Shown in pieces: positions 13,772-25,541 of a stretch of DNA of 64,000 nucleotides. Position 1 is the stretch's first letter. Each line of letters starts with the position of its first letter. Under the pieces are notes generated by a model. It made no database searches. It saw only the letters and a list, made by a program, of their open reading frames with translations, and was not told the origin of the DNA. Source of the DNA: Mobula hypostoma (lineage: Eukaryota); the NCBI RefSeq assembly GCF_963921235.1, contig NC_086108.1, positions 72,604,001-72,668,000 on the forward strand, given 5' to 3'. The translations under genes were made by a program, and so were the position numbers.

Positions 13772-14293
13772 GTTGGTGAAGTTGCATATGGAATATTGTG
13801 TTCAGGTTTGGTCACTGTTCTATAGGAAAGATGTCATTAAGCTGGAGAGAGTACAAAGTAGATTTATGATGTTGCGTGGCCCTGAGGGACTGAGTTAGGG
13901 AAAGAAGTTGAGAAGATTGGGACATTTTTTAATTAGAGTGTAGGAGGGAAAAAGAGGTAGCTTATAAAGATAACTAGAATCATGCAGGCATAGATAGAGT
14001 GAATGCATTGGGTGGGGAATTGAGAGCTAGAGGGCAAAGGCTTAAGATGAAAGAAGAGATTTAATAGGAACCTGAGGAATAACGTTTTCACCCAGAGAAT
14101 GGTCAGAATGACCTGCCAGAAGTAGTAATTGAGTCAGATACAATAACAACATTTAAAAGGTATTTGGACAAGTACATTCATAGGAGAGATTTAGAGGGAA
14201 ATGGGCCAAACGTAAGCAAATGGGACGAGGTTAGATGGGAATCTTAGTTGGGACAAAGGGTCTGTTTCTGTACTGTGTGACTCTATGACTCTA
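13772..14293 (+). mobile_element. CR1 LINE 3' fragment
   Basis: 'gaatattgtgttcaggtttgg...aggaaagatgtcattaagctggagagagtacaa' (EYCVQxW...RKDVIKLERVQ) ending in the tail 'gactctatgactcta'. Confidence 0.85.
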
Positions 14294-16102
14294 ATAACAC
14301 CTGAGCTGAATCGTTGACCTTTTTCATTTTGAAACAAATTAGAACGACTATTTAACTTAAAGAGTAAAGAATTTTAGGCCAAGTGTTAAATATTCACATT
14401 AAGTAACCTATGACATTTGTTCAGTTCTTTTTCATTTACTACCTTGTTTGTACTGTATCTTGAGATGTCTCAAGAGTCAACAATATATGATGTCCAAAGG
14501 TCTTGTTCACTGTGTCATGCTTATATTCATCTGTTAAGGAGAGAGTTCTACACATTTCTGTGGAAACTAACAAGACCACTTTGAGAGATAAAATGTCTTT
14601 TGAGCTCATATATTAAAACCAGCTGTCTTTTATTGGTGGACATCCAAGTTCAAAAAGACAAAGACAGTGATATTTACGGAGAGCTAGGGAGTGTATGGGG
14701 GAGGGAGGAAAGCAAATGGCCAAGGAAGTTGCCAAGGCAAGAAATGCTTAAATCAGCAGCAGGACCAGATTTCTATATTTTCCCCTTGTTCCCAGTTGCC
14801 AACAGCTAGAGGTGACATCCTATTGGAAATTTGTTTCCCTTTTTCCTTTCCTTCCCCTGTTCCCTATGCTCTCCTGCCTGTTAATAACGAGGCCGAAGCT
14901 CATTTTGAATCGAAACGGAGATTGTCTTCTTCCCCCTCTAAAGGGTCAGTGTGTGGGGATAGAATTCATAGCCTTCACTATAGCAGTGGCACATTAAAGA
15001 GCTAATCCTGGGAGATGATGCTTTGAAATTCCAGTCAGCTGTTACGTTTTTTTTCTTAAACTGAAAACCCATGGTTGGAACTTTAGAAATTGAAAAGGGA
15101 TTTGCTGAGATCTGCTTAGATAATCCGCCTACTTTGTAACAGATACATAATGCACATGATCTTATGTTGAACAGGATGATTTTTTTTTATAGTTAAGTAA
15201 ATTCTGCATGATAATTCTAAGCTGAGGTAGCTGCAAGCTAACTTCAGGATAGCTCCTCTGAGCTTATGTTGTCTGGGCCAGCTCCTATAGTTGGTTACTG
15301 TCGGTCCTGACTCCGACTTGACAGGAAGCAATAAAAGACTTGTGGTGAAACCCTGCACTAAAACAAATGGCCTCGAGTTGTAGTTCATCCTATGTTCAAT
15401 ATGCTAGGAATGTCAGTTAATAAACTAAGCATGAATTCCATTTACCCAAGATGACCCCTGACATACTTCCTAACTATAGATTTTGATGTCTCAGCTGATT
15501 TGCTTCAGCACTTTTCCATCTTTAAGGTAAATCTTTAGTGAGTTTTATACAAGTGCCCCTGAAGATACAACTCTCCATTGAAATCTGGAGTCACCCTTAC
15601 TTACAGAGAACACGAAGACCTCTATTCTACTCAGCTGCATCCATTAGACGTGATGATAATTAAATGAACAGTGAGGTAGCACACTGTGCAATCCATGTGG
15701 ACATTTAGACTTCTTCTGAATTGGAATCCATGTGGATGTGTCGTGCATATCTGAATGAGAGGCCTAAAGCCTGGTTTAGGTGTCTATGCTACAATTAGCC
15801 GATGATGAGCAAAGCAAGGCCTGGATTTTGTATTCACCTATTGCCTTTACCAAAGCGTTGATATGCTACCCTTTGTTGCCACCTCATCCCAGGGCAGGTC
15901 TTGTGCATTCAAGACAGTGCTAGTGATTAAATAGGCAGAGAATTATTGAAGAAAGAATGATCTCTCCATTGATTGTGTATGTGGTATTACTTATAGATAC
16001 AGATATTGGATATTTCCAGTCAGGTTGAAAGACACAATTGCCACCATTTCTATTGCTCACTCACCTTCCCCAACCAACAATTATGTAATAACAAGTACTG
16101 TA

Positions 16103-16653
16103 CACTCAGTGGCTACAAGTACATCTGCTCACTAATGCAAATATCTAATCAGCCAATCATGTGGCTGTAACTCAATGCATAGAGGCATGCAGACATGGTC
16201 TAGAGGTGCAGTTATTGCTTAGATCAAACATCAAAATGGGAAAGAAATGTGATTAAAGTAACTTTGACCGTGGAATATTCATTGGTGCCAGGTGGGGTGG
16301 TTTGAGTATCTTAGAAACTGCTGATCTCCTGGAATTCTACGCACAACAATCTCCTGAGTTTAGAATGAGTGGTGTGAAAAACGATAAAACATCCAGTGAG
16401 TGGCTGCTCTGCAGGTTAAACACCTTGTTAATGAGAGAGGTCAGAGGAGAATGGCCAGGTTGGTTTAAACTGACTAGAAGGTGGCAGTAACACAAATACC
16501 TATATGTTATAACAGTGGGGTGCAGAGGAGCATTTCTGAATGCACAACGCATCTAACCTTGAAGTGAATTGGATACAGCATCAGAACTCCATGAACATAC
16601 ACTCAGTACCTAATTGGGCACCTCCTGCAACCGATGAGAGTGGCCACTGAGTG
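16103..16653 (+). mobile_element. Internally deleted non-autonomous Tc1 element
   Basis: TA|CACTCAGTGGC...GCCACTGAGTG|TA; transposase N-terminus 'MGKKC...GLSILETADLL'; no catalytic domain. Confidence 0.9.
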
Positions 16654-19600
16654 TACATTAGCATTAAACAGTGAAAGCCAGTACCTGCTTTATAATAACA
16701 GACCTGTGCCCATCTGGGTCTCAGCCAAGTTATGGATCTGGACCAGCTCTGGGCCCTAGAGATAAGGCCAGACCCAACATGTGCCCTGGATCTCTCCTCA
16801 GTAGGTGCCTCATCCATGAGTACCTGGTCTCTGGCTCAGTCCGTTTCCAGATCAGGAGCCTACTATTGAACCAGACTTGAGATTTGGCACCAATAGAGTT
16901 GTGGGAACCTGGCTTCAAAATTGGCAGAATTACATTACTCCTTTGTCAGTGGTTCCAGGGAGCCAAAGTCGGACATTGGGTAGCCTAGGATCCTGATTTC
17001 AACTTTCAATTGGACTATACGAACCTGAGCTTACTTTGGGTTGCAAGAAACTTGTGTCCAAGAACTTGCAGAATCCAGGAAGCTGAGCATAATATTGGGT
17101 GCCCCTTGAGGTCCATTCATATTTTGGGTCCCTGGGATCAAGATGGTATCAGATAGTCTCCAGGCACAAGGACCTGGTGAAGTGTAGCCCAAAGAGGCTG
17201 AGGTTCTCTCTCAGGTGAGCTCTGGAGAGTTTGGCTTGGGATTGGATGGGCCAGGGACCAAGTCAGTATTGGGCATGTTCAAAGAATAGGTTTAGTTGTT
17301 GGTTGGTGTAAGGTAGACTATTGGAAACTGGGTTTGGTGTAGTGTGAACCAATGGGATTTTCGACCTGACCTTGCTGTTCTGTTGGCTCTGAAAGCCTGA
17401 GCTTTGTTGTTTGGTTCCCAGAAACGTGATTCTGTTGTTCTGTTGGGCTCAGGAACTCGCCCTAGTTCAGAGATCCCCAGGCTCAAGGCTTAGTGTCGGG
17501 TGGCCCTACAAGACCTGGATTTGTGCAGATTGGGTCCCAGAGACTATGGTACAGTATTGGGCACTAAGATTATGTCCCTCTGGCCCAGCAATGCTTTTAG
17601 GGATTTTTAAGGGAAAGTAACAACATATAGGATATTAGCTGATAATGTTGTGCTTGTGTGCTGTGTACAGTCCTCTCCACAGAGTTCCTACTTATCTTGA
17701 TTTTAAAACAGGCTCATTTGAAAACATAATTGTATAAATATTTTGTGCTTGGTAATTTAAATGCCATGTAAAAGCAGGCATGAGGGAGAGATATTTATGC
17801 AATTTCCTAGGATACATTCAAGCCCAGCTGCCAGATGCGAAGGACATGAAAGCACTTGTGCTTTCACGTCAATGTAACAGAGGCAGAGTCAAGACAAGAA
17901 TTATTATTGTGTTGAATGCCTTGTTTCAGTCACTTTTCTTTTACAATGCCTATGATGTAAGAGTTGGCACCAAACACTGGGAGGGGAAGGGTAATACATC
18001 TTAAGCAGGGTGGAACAAAGAATTCTTGTGGTTCAGTTGGTGACATCAAGGTCTAAATTTGGTAATGGTCTCCAGGGTGTTTTGTAAGATCATCTGTTTA
18101 TGTTATATTCCTACATGGCATGCATGTCAGAGGAATTATTGGTTTTCATGTGTATCTTGGTAGTTCTGCACATTATACCATTTGTACTTTTACCACTTTT
18201 GTTTGATTCTCTCCATGGGATAAAGCTGTCACGGGCAAGGCCAATATTTGCTTCCTAACCCAAGAGTACAATTCCTTCAAGGTAGAGTTGGCGAATGACC
18301 ACCAAAAGATGATGCACATGATTAACCTCCTCAATATTTCAGCCGCTAATTGGAATGTTTGCTCCTGGGGTGAAGCTTCTCTCCTCTTTCCTTAGCTCCT
18401 CACTGCAGTCTGTAGTGGCATCTTTTGGGTTGCTAAGAGATTAGTGGAGAGGCTAAGTGGAGTTCTTGGCTACGACTTCTCTTTCTGAATTGTTGAAGGA
18501 ATATTTATTACGAACTACCCTGCAGATAGGGGTTTACTTAGACATGAAAACATGAACTCTTTCACGTCCTTTGACATCTGGCAGTTGTTGAATGTAAGTC
18601 AGCAAAGTGCATAAACATCTCATTAATGAGAATGCTGCTATAGCAATTAGTAGAAAGAGAAGAAATAAGATGGCAGAAAGTGACCATGTCATGCTGTTAG
18701 GCCATGCTCTACATCCGTACTATCTACTTTGGACTTGTCTCCACTAATTCCAAACACGGGCAAAGATGTAACTAAATCTAAATGTGATAAGGCTTTTGCA
18801 CATATTAAACTTCCAGCAGCTTACAGTCACATCATACCTGCACTTGGGAATGTTGGCTTACTCAAGTGGAAATGTTATCATTTCTCCTTGATATTCACTG
18901 ATATTACCATTGCTCAATTCTTCAAATTAACTACCCTGAGAATCACTGATGATCAGAAAATAATCTGAAGCAGGCACTTAATTGCTTTGACTGCAACAGT
19001 ATACTGGAAATGAATAATGCACTGTACAGTCTTCTAGTAGTTCATGATGGTATAAAAGTGAAGCATCTACCGTGGGGGCACTTATTACTTTATAATTCTT
19101 TTATTATCAACACTAGTCTTTGGAAACTAAAGCATCAGAGAACGGCAACCTTACTCCGAGTGTGTCTATTAATGCATCAGGTAATGGTTCTGTTGTTATG
19201 TAACCTGATGTTAAACACAAGGCTATTTGCAATAGAAACTATTTACATCAAATACTTGGGATTAGGTCTTCTTCTTAATCAATGCTCACCTTGTAAGTGA
19301 CAGGGAATCAGAAAGTACTCAGTTTATGAGAATTATTTGAGTTATTACCTTTCCTTGGCAATTACTCGAAGGAAATATATGGCTACTTTTTTGTTAGCAA
19401 GGTGAACAGGTACTCTCAGGTCCTAATGAAGGGCCTTAGTCCAATTCCTATCCCATAGAAGATGCTGGAGCTACTTAGATTCTCCAATCCGTATTTCTAG
19501 CATCTGCAGAATTTCTTGTTTACTCTCAGATTTCCACAATAGCTCCCCGGTGGGGTCTCAGCTGCGTGTGTAAAGATCAGTTCAAGGAATTTATTTCCCA

Positions 19601-21605
19601 ATTCAACTTTAGTCTCTGTGCTATCTTTTCCCAAGCTAAAATTCATATTAAGAATGCTGGGAGATTGACGACACAGGCCTTGACCCTTTCTCGATGTATG
19701 CATATGGGTGTGTGTGGACGTTGATGTGTATGTGTCTGTGTAACTGTGTGTGATCATGAGTTTAATCCATGTTTATGCTTATGCGAATATCTGAGTCTCT
19801 ACATGTCTGTGTATAAATAGTTCATTCAATCTAATATTTTATTATTACCCCAACATTTCCATTCGGTCAAGAAGCTGTTTACATCAGTAGCCCAGCACCT
19901 GGTGTGGTATTTAGCTTGATAGATTAGAAGTTCCATATGTGTGTTGATTGTACCTTCCTTCAACCCTGATCCCAGCTGCTGCGCTAAAATTGGTCTCCAT
20001 AAACAGAATCATTCTTGGCTGCGATAGGATGCAAGGTCAAATAGCATAAAAACATGAATAATGGCAGCTGAAGGACCATCGCTTCAGTGTGGCAGCAATA
20101 TTTATTCCTTTTGAAGATAAGTGACACTATTGAGACAATAACAACAAATTGGATATTCCAGAATGATCGTTGCTGAAGTTTGTTCGTTGTCATTTTTCAA
20201 ATTAGAAATTGTCACTCTTGGCCATTAGAAGAGAAAGATGCCACATTGTTGGAACAGCAAAGGTTAGTGCATTGTCCAGTTCCAGGTCACCGTCTTTCAT
20301 TGGGAAGCCCCATAATAAGAGTATAGTCAGTTAATAGCTGTATCTATCATTAAGGTGGTGGAATGATGATAAGTTTTTCAATGTAAAATGTCATTTAAAG
20401 ACAACTGCTGAAACAACAATAATATGGTATATTGAAAATGAACCAGCACTTTGAACCTGAAATCAGACCCCGCTGAGCTGCATCATGACCCTGTCACTTC
20501 ATGATGCTACAAAAACTACATTGGCTTTGACTAAAGTATATAGAAATCGAGAAATTACATTAAAAATAGAGCAAGATTTGTCAAACTGGGGTGCTTTCAA
20601 ACTTTAATCTCCAGGATGAAAACCTTATCATTTCAAGTCTACTACTAATGTTGATATCTGGTTCCCTTAATTCCAATTACAATAATCACAAGCAACATTG
20701 ACATAAACACATCTGGATGCTCCGTCATTATTGTCAGAGTTAGCATTATGATGGTTTAAGCTCTCCACTTTCTAAATGCCCAGAACTAATAGAAATATTT
20801 TTATACTATACACACAATAATGATGTATTATGAATCAGGCTCACTGTGCCTCTGATAGATAAAATAATTTACTTGTTATATAGTTTCTAATTTTAGCAGG
20901 TGTAGGTCCAAATGATATGTAAACCTTATAACAATATAATGGAATTCCATTACCTTTTGTGTGTCAAAATAATCTTTAGTCAATTGGTTTGTGAATACTT
21001 TAAGATAGTGAAATGAAAGTTAGTACATTGCCTGTTGCCTCCATCCTTTTAAAAAGGCCCGAAACTCTATAGTAGAAAGGTTAAGGCGTTTAATTCCTTG
21101 TCCCATACTAGAAAATGGGACAAGTTATCAGTGAGTATTGGAAAGATTTAAAAAGAGAGCTAAGAATGAATGTTTTTAATCAAGAAATCACTGACTGGAG
21201 AAACTGTTTTCACTAAGACAAAGCAGCCAGAAGAGACAGCTACTGTAAGATAGTGAACAAAATAAAGTAAGGTCTTGATTAAAAATATCATTGGCTGGCT
21301 TCTGAGTCAGTAACTAAATAAAAATAATATCATCAAATAAAGAGACTATTTAGGAAAATTATCAGTTTTATGCAGCAAATTAATAAAATTGTACTATCTG
21401 AAACAGTGAAAGCAGACTACTTTTGCAACAGATATGGATAAATATTTGTAAAACAGCCATCTTAAGAGCTGCAGAAGAAAGACTAAAAGATAGCAACTTC
21501 CTTTCTAAAACAACAGGAATTCTGCAGATGCTGCAAATTCAAGCAACACACATCAAAGTTGCTGGTGAATGCAGCAGGCCAGGCAGCATCTGTAGGAAGA
21601 GGTGC

Positions 21606-21641
21606 AGTCGACGTTTCAGGCCGAGACCCTTCATCAGGACT
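21606..21641 (-). ncRNA. Minimal type I hammerhead ribozyme motif (intact core)
   Basis: Minus strand reads AGUC-CUGAUGA-AGGGUCUCGGCCU-GAAA-C-GUC^-GACU: stem I AGUC/GACU, a stem II hairpin, and helix III reduced to palindromic ACGU. Confidence 0.8.
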
Positions 21642-22881
21642 AACTGAAGGAAGAGTGAGTAAGGGATTTGAAAGTTGGAGGGGGAGATCCAAAATGATAG
21701 GAGAAGACAGGAGGGGGAGGGATAGAGCCGAGAGCTGGACAGGTGATAGGCAAAAGGGGATACGAGAGGATCATGGGACAGGAGGTCCGGGAAGAAAGAC
21801 AAGGGGGGGGGCACCCAGAGGATGGGCAAGAGGTATATTCAGAGGGACAGAGGGAGAAAAAGGAGAGTGAGAGAAAGAATGTGTGCATAAAAAAGAGTAA
21901 CAGATGGGGTACGAGGGGGAGGGGGGGCCTTAGCGGAAGTTAGAGAAGTCGATGTTCATGCCATCAGGTTGGAGGCTACCCAGATGGAATATAAGGTGTT
22001 GTTCCTCCAACCTGAGTCTGGCTTCATCTTTACAGTAGAGGAGGCCGTGGATAGACATGTCAGAATGGGAATGGGATGTGGAATTAAAATGTGTGGCCAC
22101 TGGGAGATCCTGCTTTCTCTGGCGGACAGAGCGTAGATGTTCAGCAAAGCGGTCTCCCAGTCTGCGTCGGGTCTCGCCAATATATAAAAGGCCACATCGG
22201 GAGCACCGGACGCAGTATATCACCCCAGTCGACTCACAGGTGAAGTGTTGCCTCACCTGGAAGCACATCTTTCCCTCCCCTCCTCTCTCTGCATTCTGCA
22301 GGGATCGCTCCCTACGCAGCTCCCTATGCAACTCCCTTGTCCATTCGTCCTCCCCATCCCTCCCCACTGATCTCCCTCCTGGCACTTATCCGTGTAAGCG
22401 GAACAAGTACTACACATGCCCTTACACTTCCTCCCTTACCACCATTCAGGGCCCCAAACAGTCCTTCCAGGTGAGGCAACACTTCACACACTCAGGTTGG
22501 AGGAACAACACCTTATATTCCGTCTGGGTAGGGTCCAACCTGATGGCATAACCTTCGACTTCGCTAACTTCCGCTAAGGCCCCACCTCCCCCTCGTACCC
22601 CATCTGTTACTTATTATTTTTATGCACACATTCTTTCTCTCACTTTCCTTTTTCTCCATCTGTCCCTCTGAATATACCTCTTGCCCATCCTCTGGGTCCC
22701 CCCCGCCTTGACTTTCTTCCCGGACCTCCTGTCCCATGATCCTCTCGTATCCCCTTTTGCCTATCACCTGTCCAGCTCTTGGCTCTATCCCTTCCCCCTC
22801 CTGTCTTCTCCTATCATTTTGGATCTCCCCCTCCCCCTCCCCCTCCAGCTTTCAAATCCCTTACTCACTCTTCCTTCAGTT

Positions 22882-22917
22882 AGTCCTGACGAAGGGTCTT
22901 GGCCTGAAACGTCGACT
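22882..22917 (+). ncRNA. Minimal type I hammerhead ribozyme motif (intact core)
   Basis: AGUC-CUGACGA-AGGGUCUUGGCCU-GAAA-C-GUC^-GACU. Confidence 0.8.
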
Positions 22918-23988
22918 GCACCTCTTCCGACAGATGCTGCCTGGCCTGCTGCGTTCACCAGCAACTTTGATGTGTGTTGCTTGAACTTCCTTTCTAAGCT
23001 TATTTTACCAGTTTTAAAGCACGATCATTTAGGAAACATAGCAGAGCATTTGCACACAACAATCTTCCAAAGAGAGAAATATGATCACCTTATTATGTGA
23101 TTTTTAAAATGATAAGTCGTACTGATTGAAGAGAAAAGATTAGTGAGAGAATTTGGAATGATCCCGAAATAGCACCATGAAATATACAAATTAAAATAGA
23201 TCAATTATTGATACGATTAGCATGTTACAGTGTTCAGTGAGAGAGAGAAAGAGGTCCAAGGAGTTGGAGATCTGGCGTAAGTCAAGGATTAATTGAAATT
23301 TTAAAGTCAGGATGGGCAGAAAATGTTTGTGTGTATTTGTATTTGGAGGGTGAGCTGTTTAGTGGCAATAAGCTGCAGGTAGTAGGATCAGGCTTGCTTT
23401 TAGATTGGGGGCACGTGTAGCATCTCAGCTGGATTCATCACAATTGGGTTTTGTGACCAGGTGGGGAAGGGATGGGGAGCAGTTGAGGCCCTCAGGAATG
23501 AAATTAAAATGGGTCTACCTGAAAGAGACTAGGTCCAGGATCTTGTTGGGGAGAGAGACCAGAGATCATAGACGGCAAGATGAAGATATGTATGAGGGTT
23601 CAGATACTGTTCAGTGATGAGGAAATGGTGTGCATGGGAAGATGGGAGTTCTGTCTGATGTTAGACCAAATGATCAAAGGTTTATGTGATCTCGTCTTGA
23701 GGTGGTGTTGGATGATTCGGGCTTGAGTTAATGAAGGCTTTGGGTCAAAGGATTGGGGCTTGAAGGTCGGGTGAGAAAGGTTCAGTAAATTAAGGTCTAA
23801 GGGTTTAAGGTGCCCAGGGGTCAGGTAGACAAGGCTTCAGAGATTCAAGTCATTAGGGCATGAGAATTACATTTAGTTATATATGGGGCTCCTGAAAGAG
23901 GTTCTCAGTTTCAGATCCCTTTTACCAGCATTGAAGCAAGCTTCATGTAAGGTAAAGGGCTATTTTTGCATGGTTCTCATGAAAACAG

Positions 23989-24226
23989 TGCAGTGTATTT
24001 AATGTTGTAGTAATATTTCAGTAATATAGTAAATATATTGTTTGATTAAGTGTTCTTTGTTATTTACATAATGCAGTACAGATTATATGTAAAAGTACTT
24101 AAATGGCATATGGCATTACATTGAAGGGTGATACATATGTGTCTCACTAAAAGTTAAACTCATGTTATGGACTCTCCATTTTTTCTGTTCGATTAGTTTT
24201 ATGTTTTGGAGTTAGAAGGCATAACA
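23989..24226 (+). mobile_element. Probable solo LTR (unrelated to the 30435 element)
   Basis: TG...ATAACA ends, 238 bp, flanked by AACAG (23984-88) and CACAG (24227-31), a 4/5 match. Confidence 0.4.
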
Positions 24227-24485
24227 CACAGTACCAGCAGGACACATGTTAGTGATGTAGTATTCATGGAGTGCTCTTAGGCATCACAGTTTCTGTCCTG
24301 ACACCACAGATGTACAGAGGACCAGAATAGATATAATTAAGGTCTTGAATTTCTTTCACAACAGTATTTGTTTTAAAAAATGTTAAAATGTAGTGCCCAT
24401 TAATGTTTGTTACATAATAGAATCTCTAGGCCCCTTTCTTTACTTTTCTCAAATTACGTCGCTCTATATGACATTACGTCTGAAA

Positions 24486-24702
24486 CACAAAATACTCTGC
24501 AGATGCTGGGGTCAAAGCAACACTCACAACATGCTGGAGGAACTCAGCAGGCCGGGCAGCATCCGTGAGAACGATCAGTCAACGTTTCGGGCCGGAACCC
24601 TTCGTCAGGTTCCAACGAAGGGCTCCAGCCCGAGACGTTGACTGATCGTTCCCACGGATGCTGCCCGGCCTGCTGAGTTCCTCCAGCGTGTTGTGAGTAT
24701 TG
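24486..24702. mobile_element. Penelope-derived palindromic miniature element
   Basis: ~95-bp inverted arms centred near 24610, each ending in a hammerhead motif (intact core on minus at 24577-24610, mutated on plus). 9-bp TSD CGTCTGAAA at 24477-85 and 24703-11. Confidence 0.9.
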
Positions 24703-24729
24703 CGTCTGAAATCTACTTGACCAATCTAC

Positions 24730-24856
24730 TAACAAAAAGAGGAAATCTGCAGATGCTGGAAATCTGAGCAACACACACAAAATGCCCAAAACGTCGACTG
24801 TACTCTTTTCCTAGATGCTGCCTGGCCTGCTGAGTTCCTCCAGCATTTTGTGTGTG
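24730..24856. mobile_element. Second Penelope-derived fold-back miniature (different subfamily)
   Basis: Tail + 'caacacacacaaaatgc' joined to an inverted segment. 13-bp TSD TTGACCAATCTAC at 24717-29 and 24857-69. Confidence 0.88.
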
Positions 24857-25447
24857 TTGACCAATCTACCCATCTGAGTTTATGCTCATGTTGTCATGGC
24901 TGATCTGCTTCAGTACCATTTTCCAACAATATCCCCAAAATCCTTGAATCTCTTAATGTCTAGAATATTATTCCTAAAAAAACCAGTCTGGCCTTAGCTA
25001 ATTCACATCTTATTTTTAATTTTTTTTTCCTTTAGGGCATATTTAGGTTTACAACTACTGGTGTTAGTTTTACCAGTTGAATTTCTCTACAGAAGTACTA
25101 AAGTAAGGGTCTCAAAGCCCTAGTATGAACCTCAATTCCTCCACAGTGTCTCAAGAGAAGGGTTGTACTTGGGATAGCCTTGTCCCTTGTATAGCTTACA
25201 CAGAAATGGCATCAGTTATAAGTGTGACTCAGTCGGGAAGTATCTGGAAGGACATCCAGATGGCACAAATAATTGGGGAATATCCATTATTGTATTTCTG
25301 CTTGGGTAAAGTTAATTTATAATCTAAAAGAACCAAGCAAGTCACTTTGTGACTTACTTGGCTTTAATTTCTACACAGCCCTTTGTTAACTTCCATTAAT
25401 ACGACAAAAAAGTAGGCTAGTGAGCTTGTAAAAGCATAGGGTACTTG

Positions 25448-25541
25448 AGCAAGACACACAATATGTTGGAGGAACTCAGCCAGTCAGGCAGCATCCATGG
25501 AGGGGAATTAACAGTCAACATCTCAGGCCTTCATCAGGACT
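25448..25541 (-). mobile_element. Degraded Penelope terminal fragment
   Basis: 'ggaggaactcagccagtcaggcagcatc...ccttcatcaggact' is homologous to the other terminal copies. Confidence 0.75.

Larger units (their letters stand above)
21509..22985. mobile_element. Penelope-like fold-back insertion (two head-to-head 3' arms)
   Basis: Left arm (minus) encodes GIY-YIG 'GVIYCVRCSRCGLLYIGETRRRLGDRFAEH...LEEQHLIF'. Right arm is the inverted copy with an internal deletion. 14-bp TSD AACTTCCTTTCTAA at 21495-21508 and 22984-22997. Confidence 0.95.

Noticed and set aside
21930..22385. 151-aa GIY-YIG ORF as a stand-alone nuclease gene
   Set aside because: Its N-terminal ~40 residues are antisense sequence read across the fold-back junction; it is a chimeric by-product.
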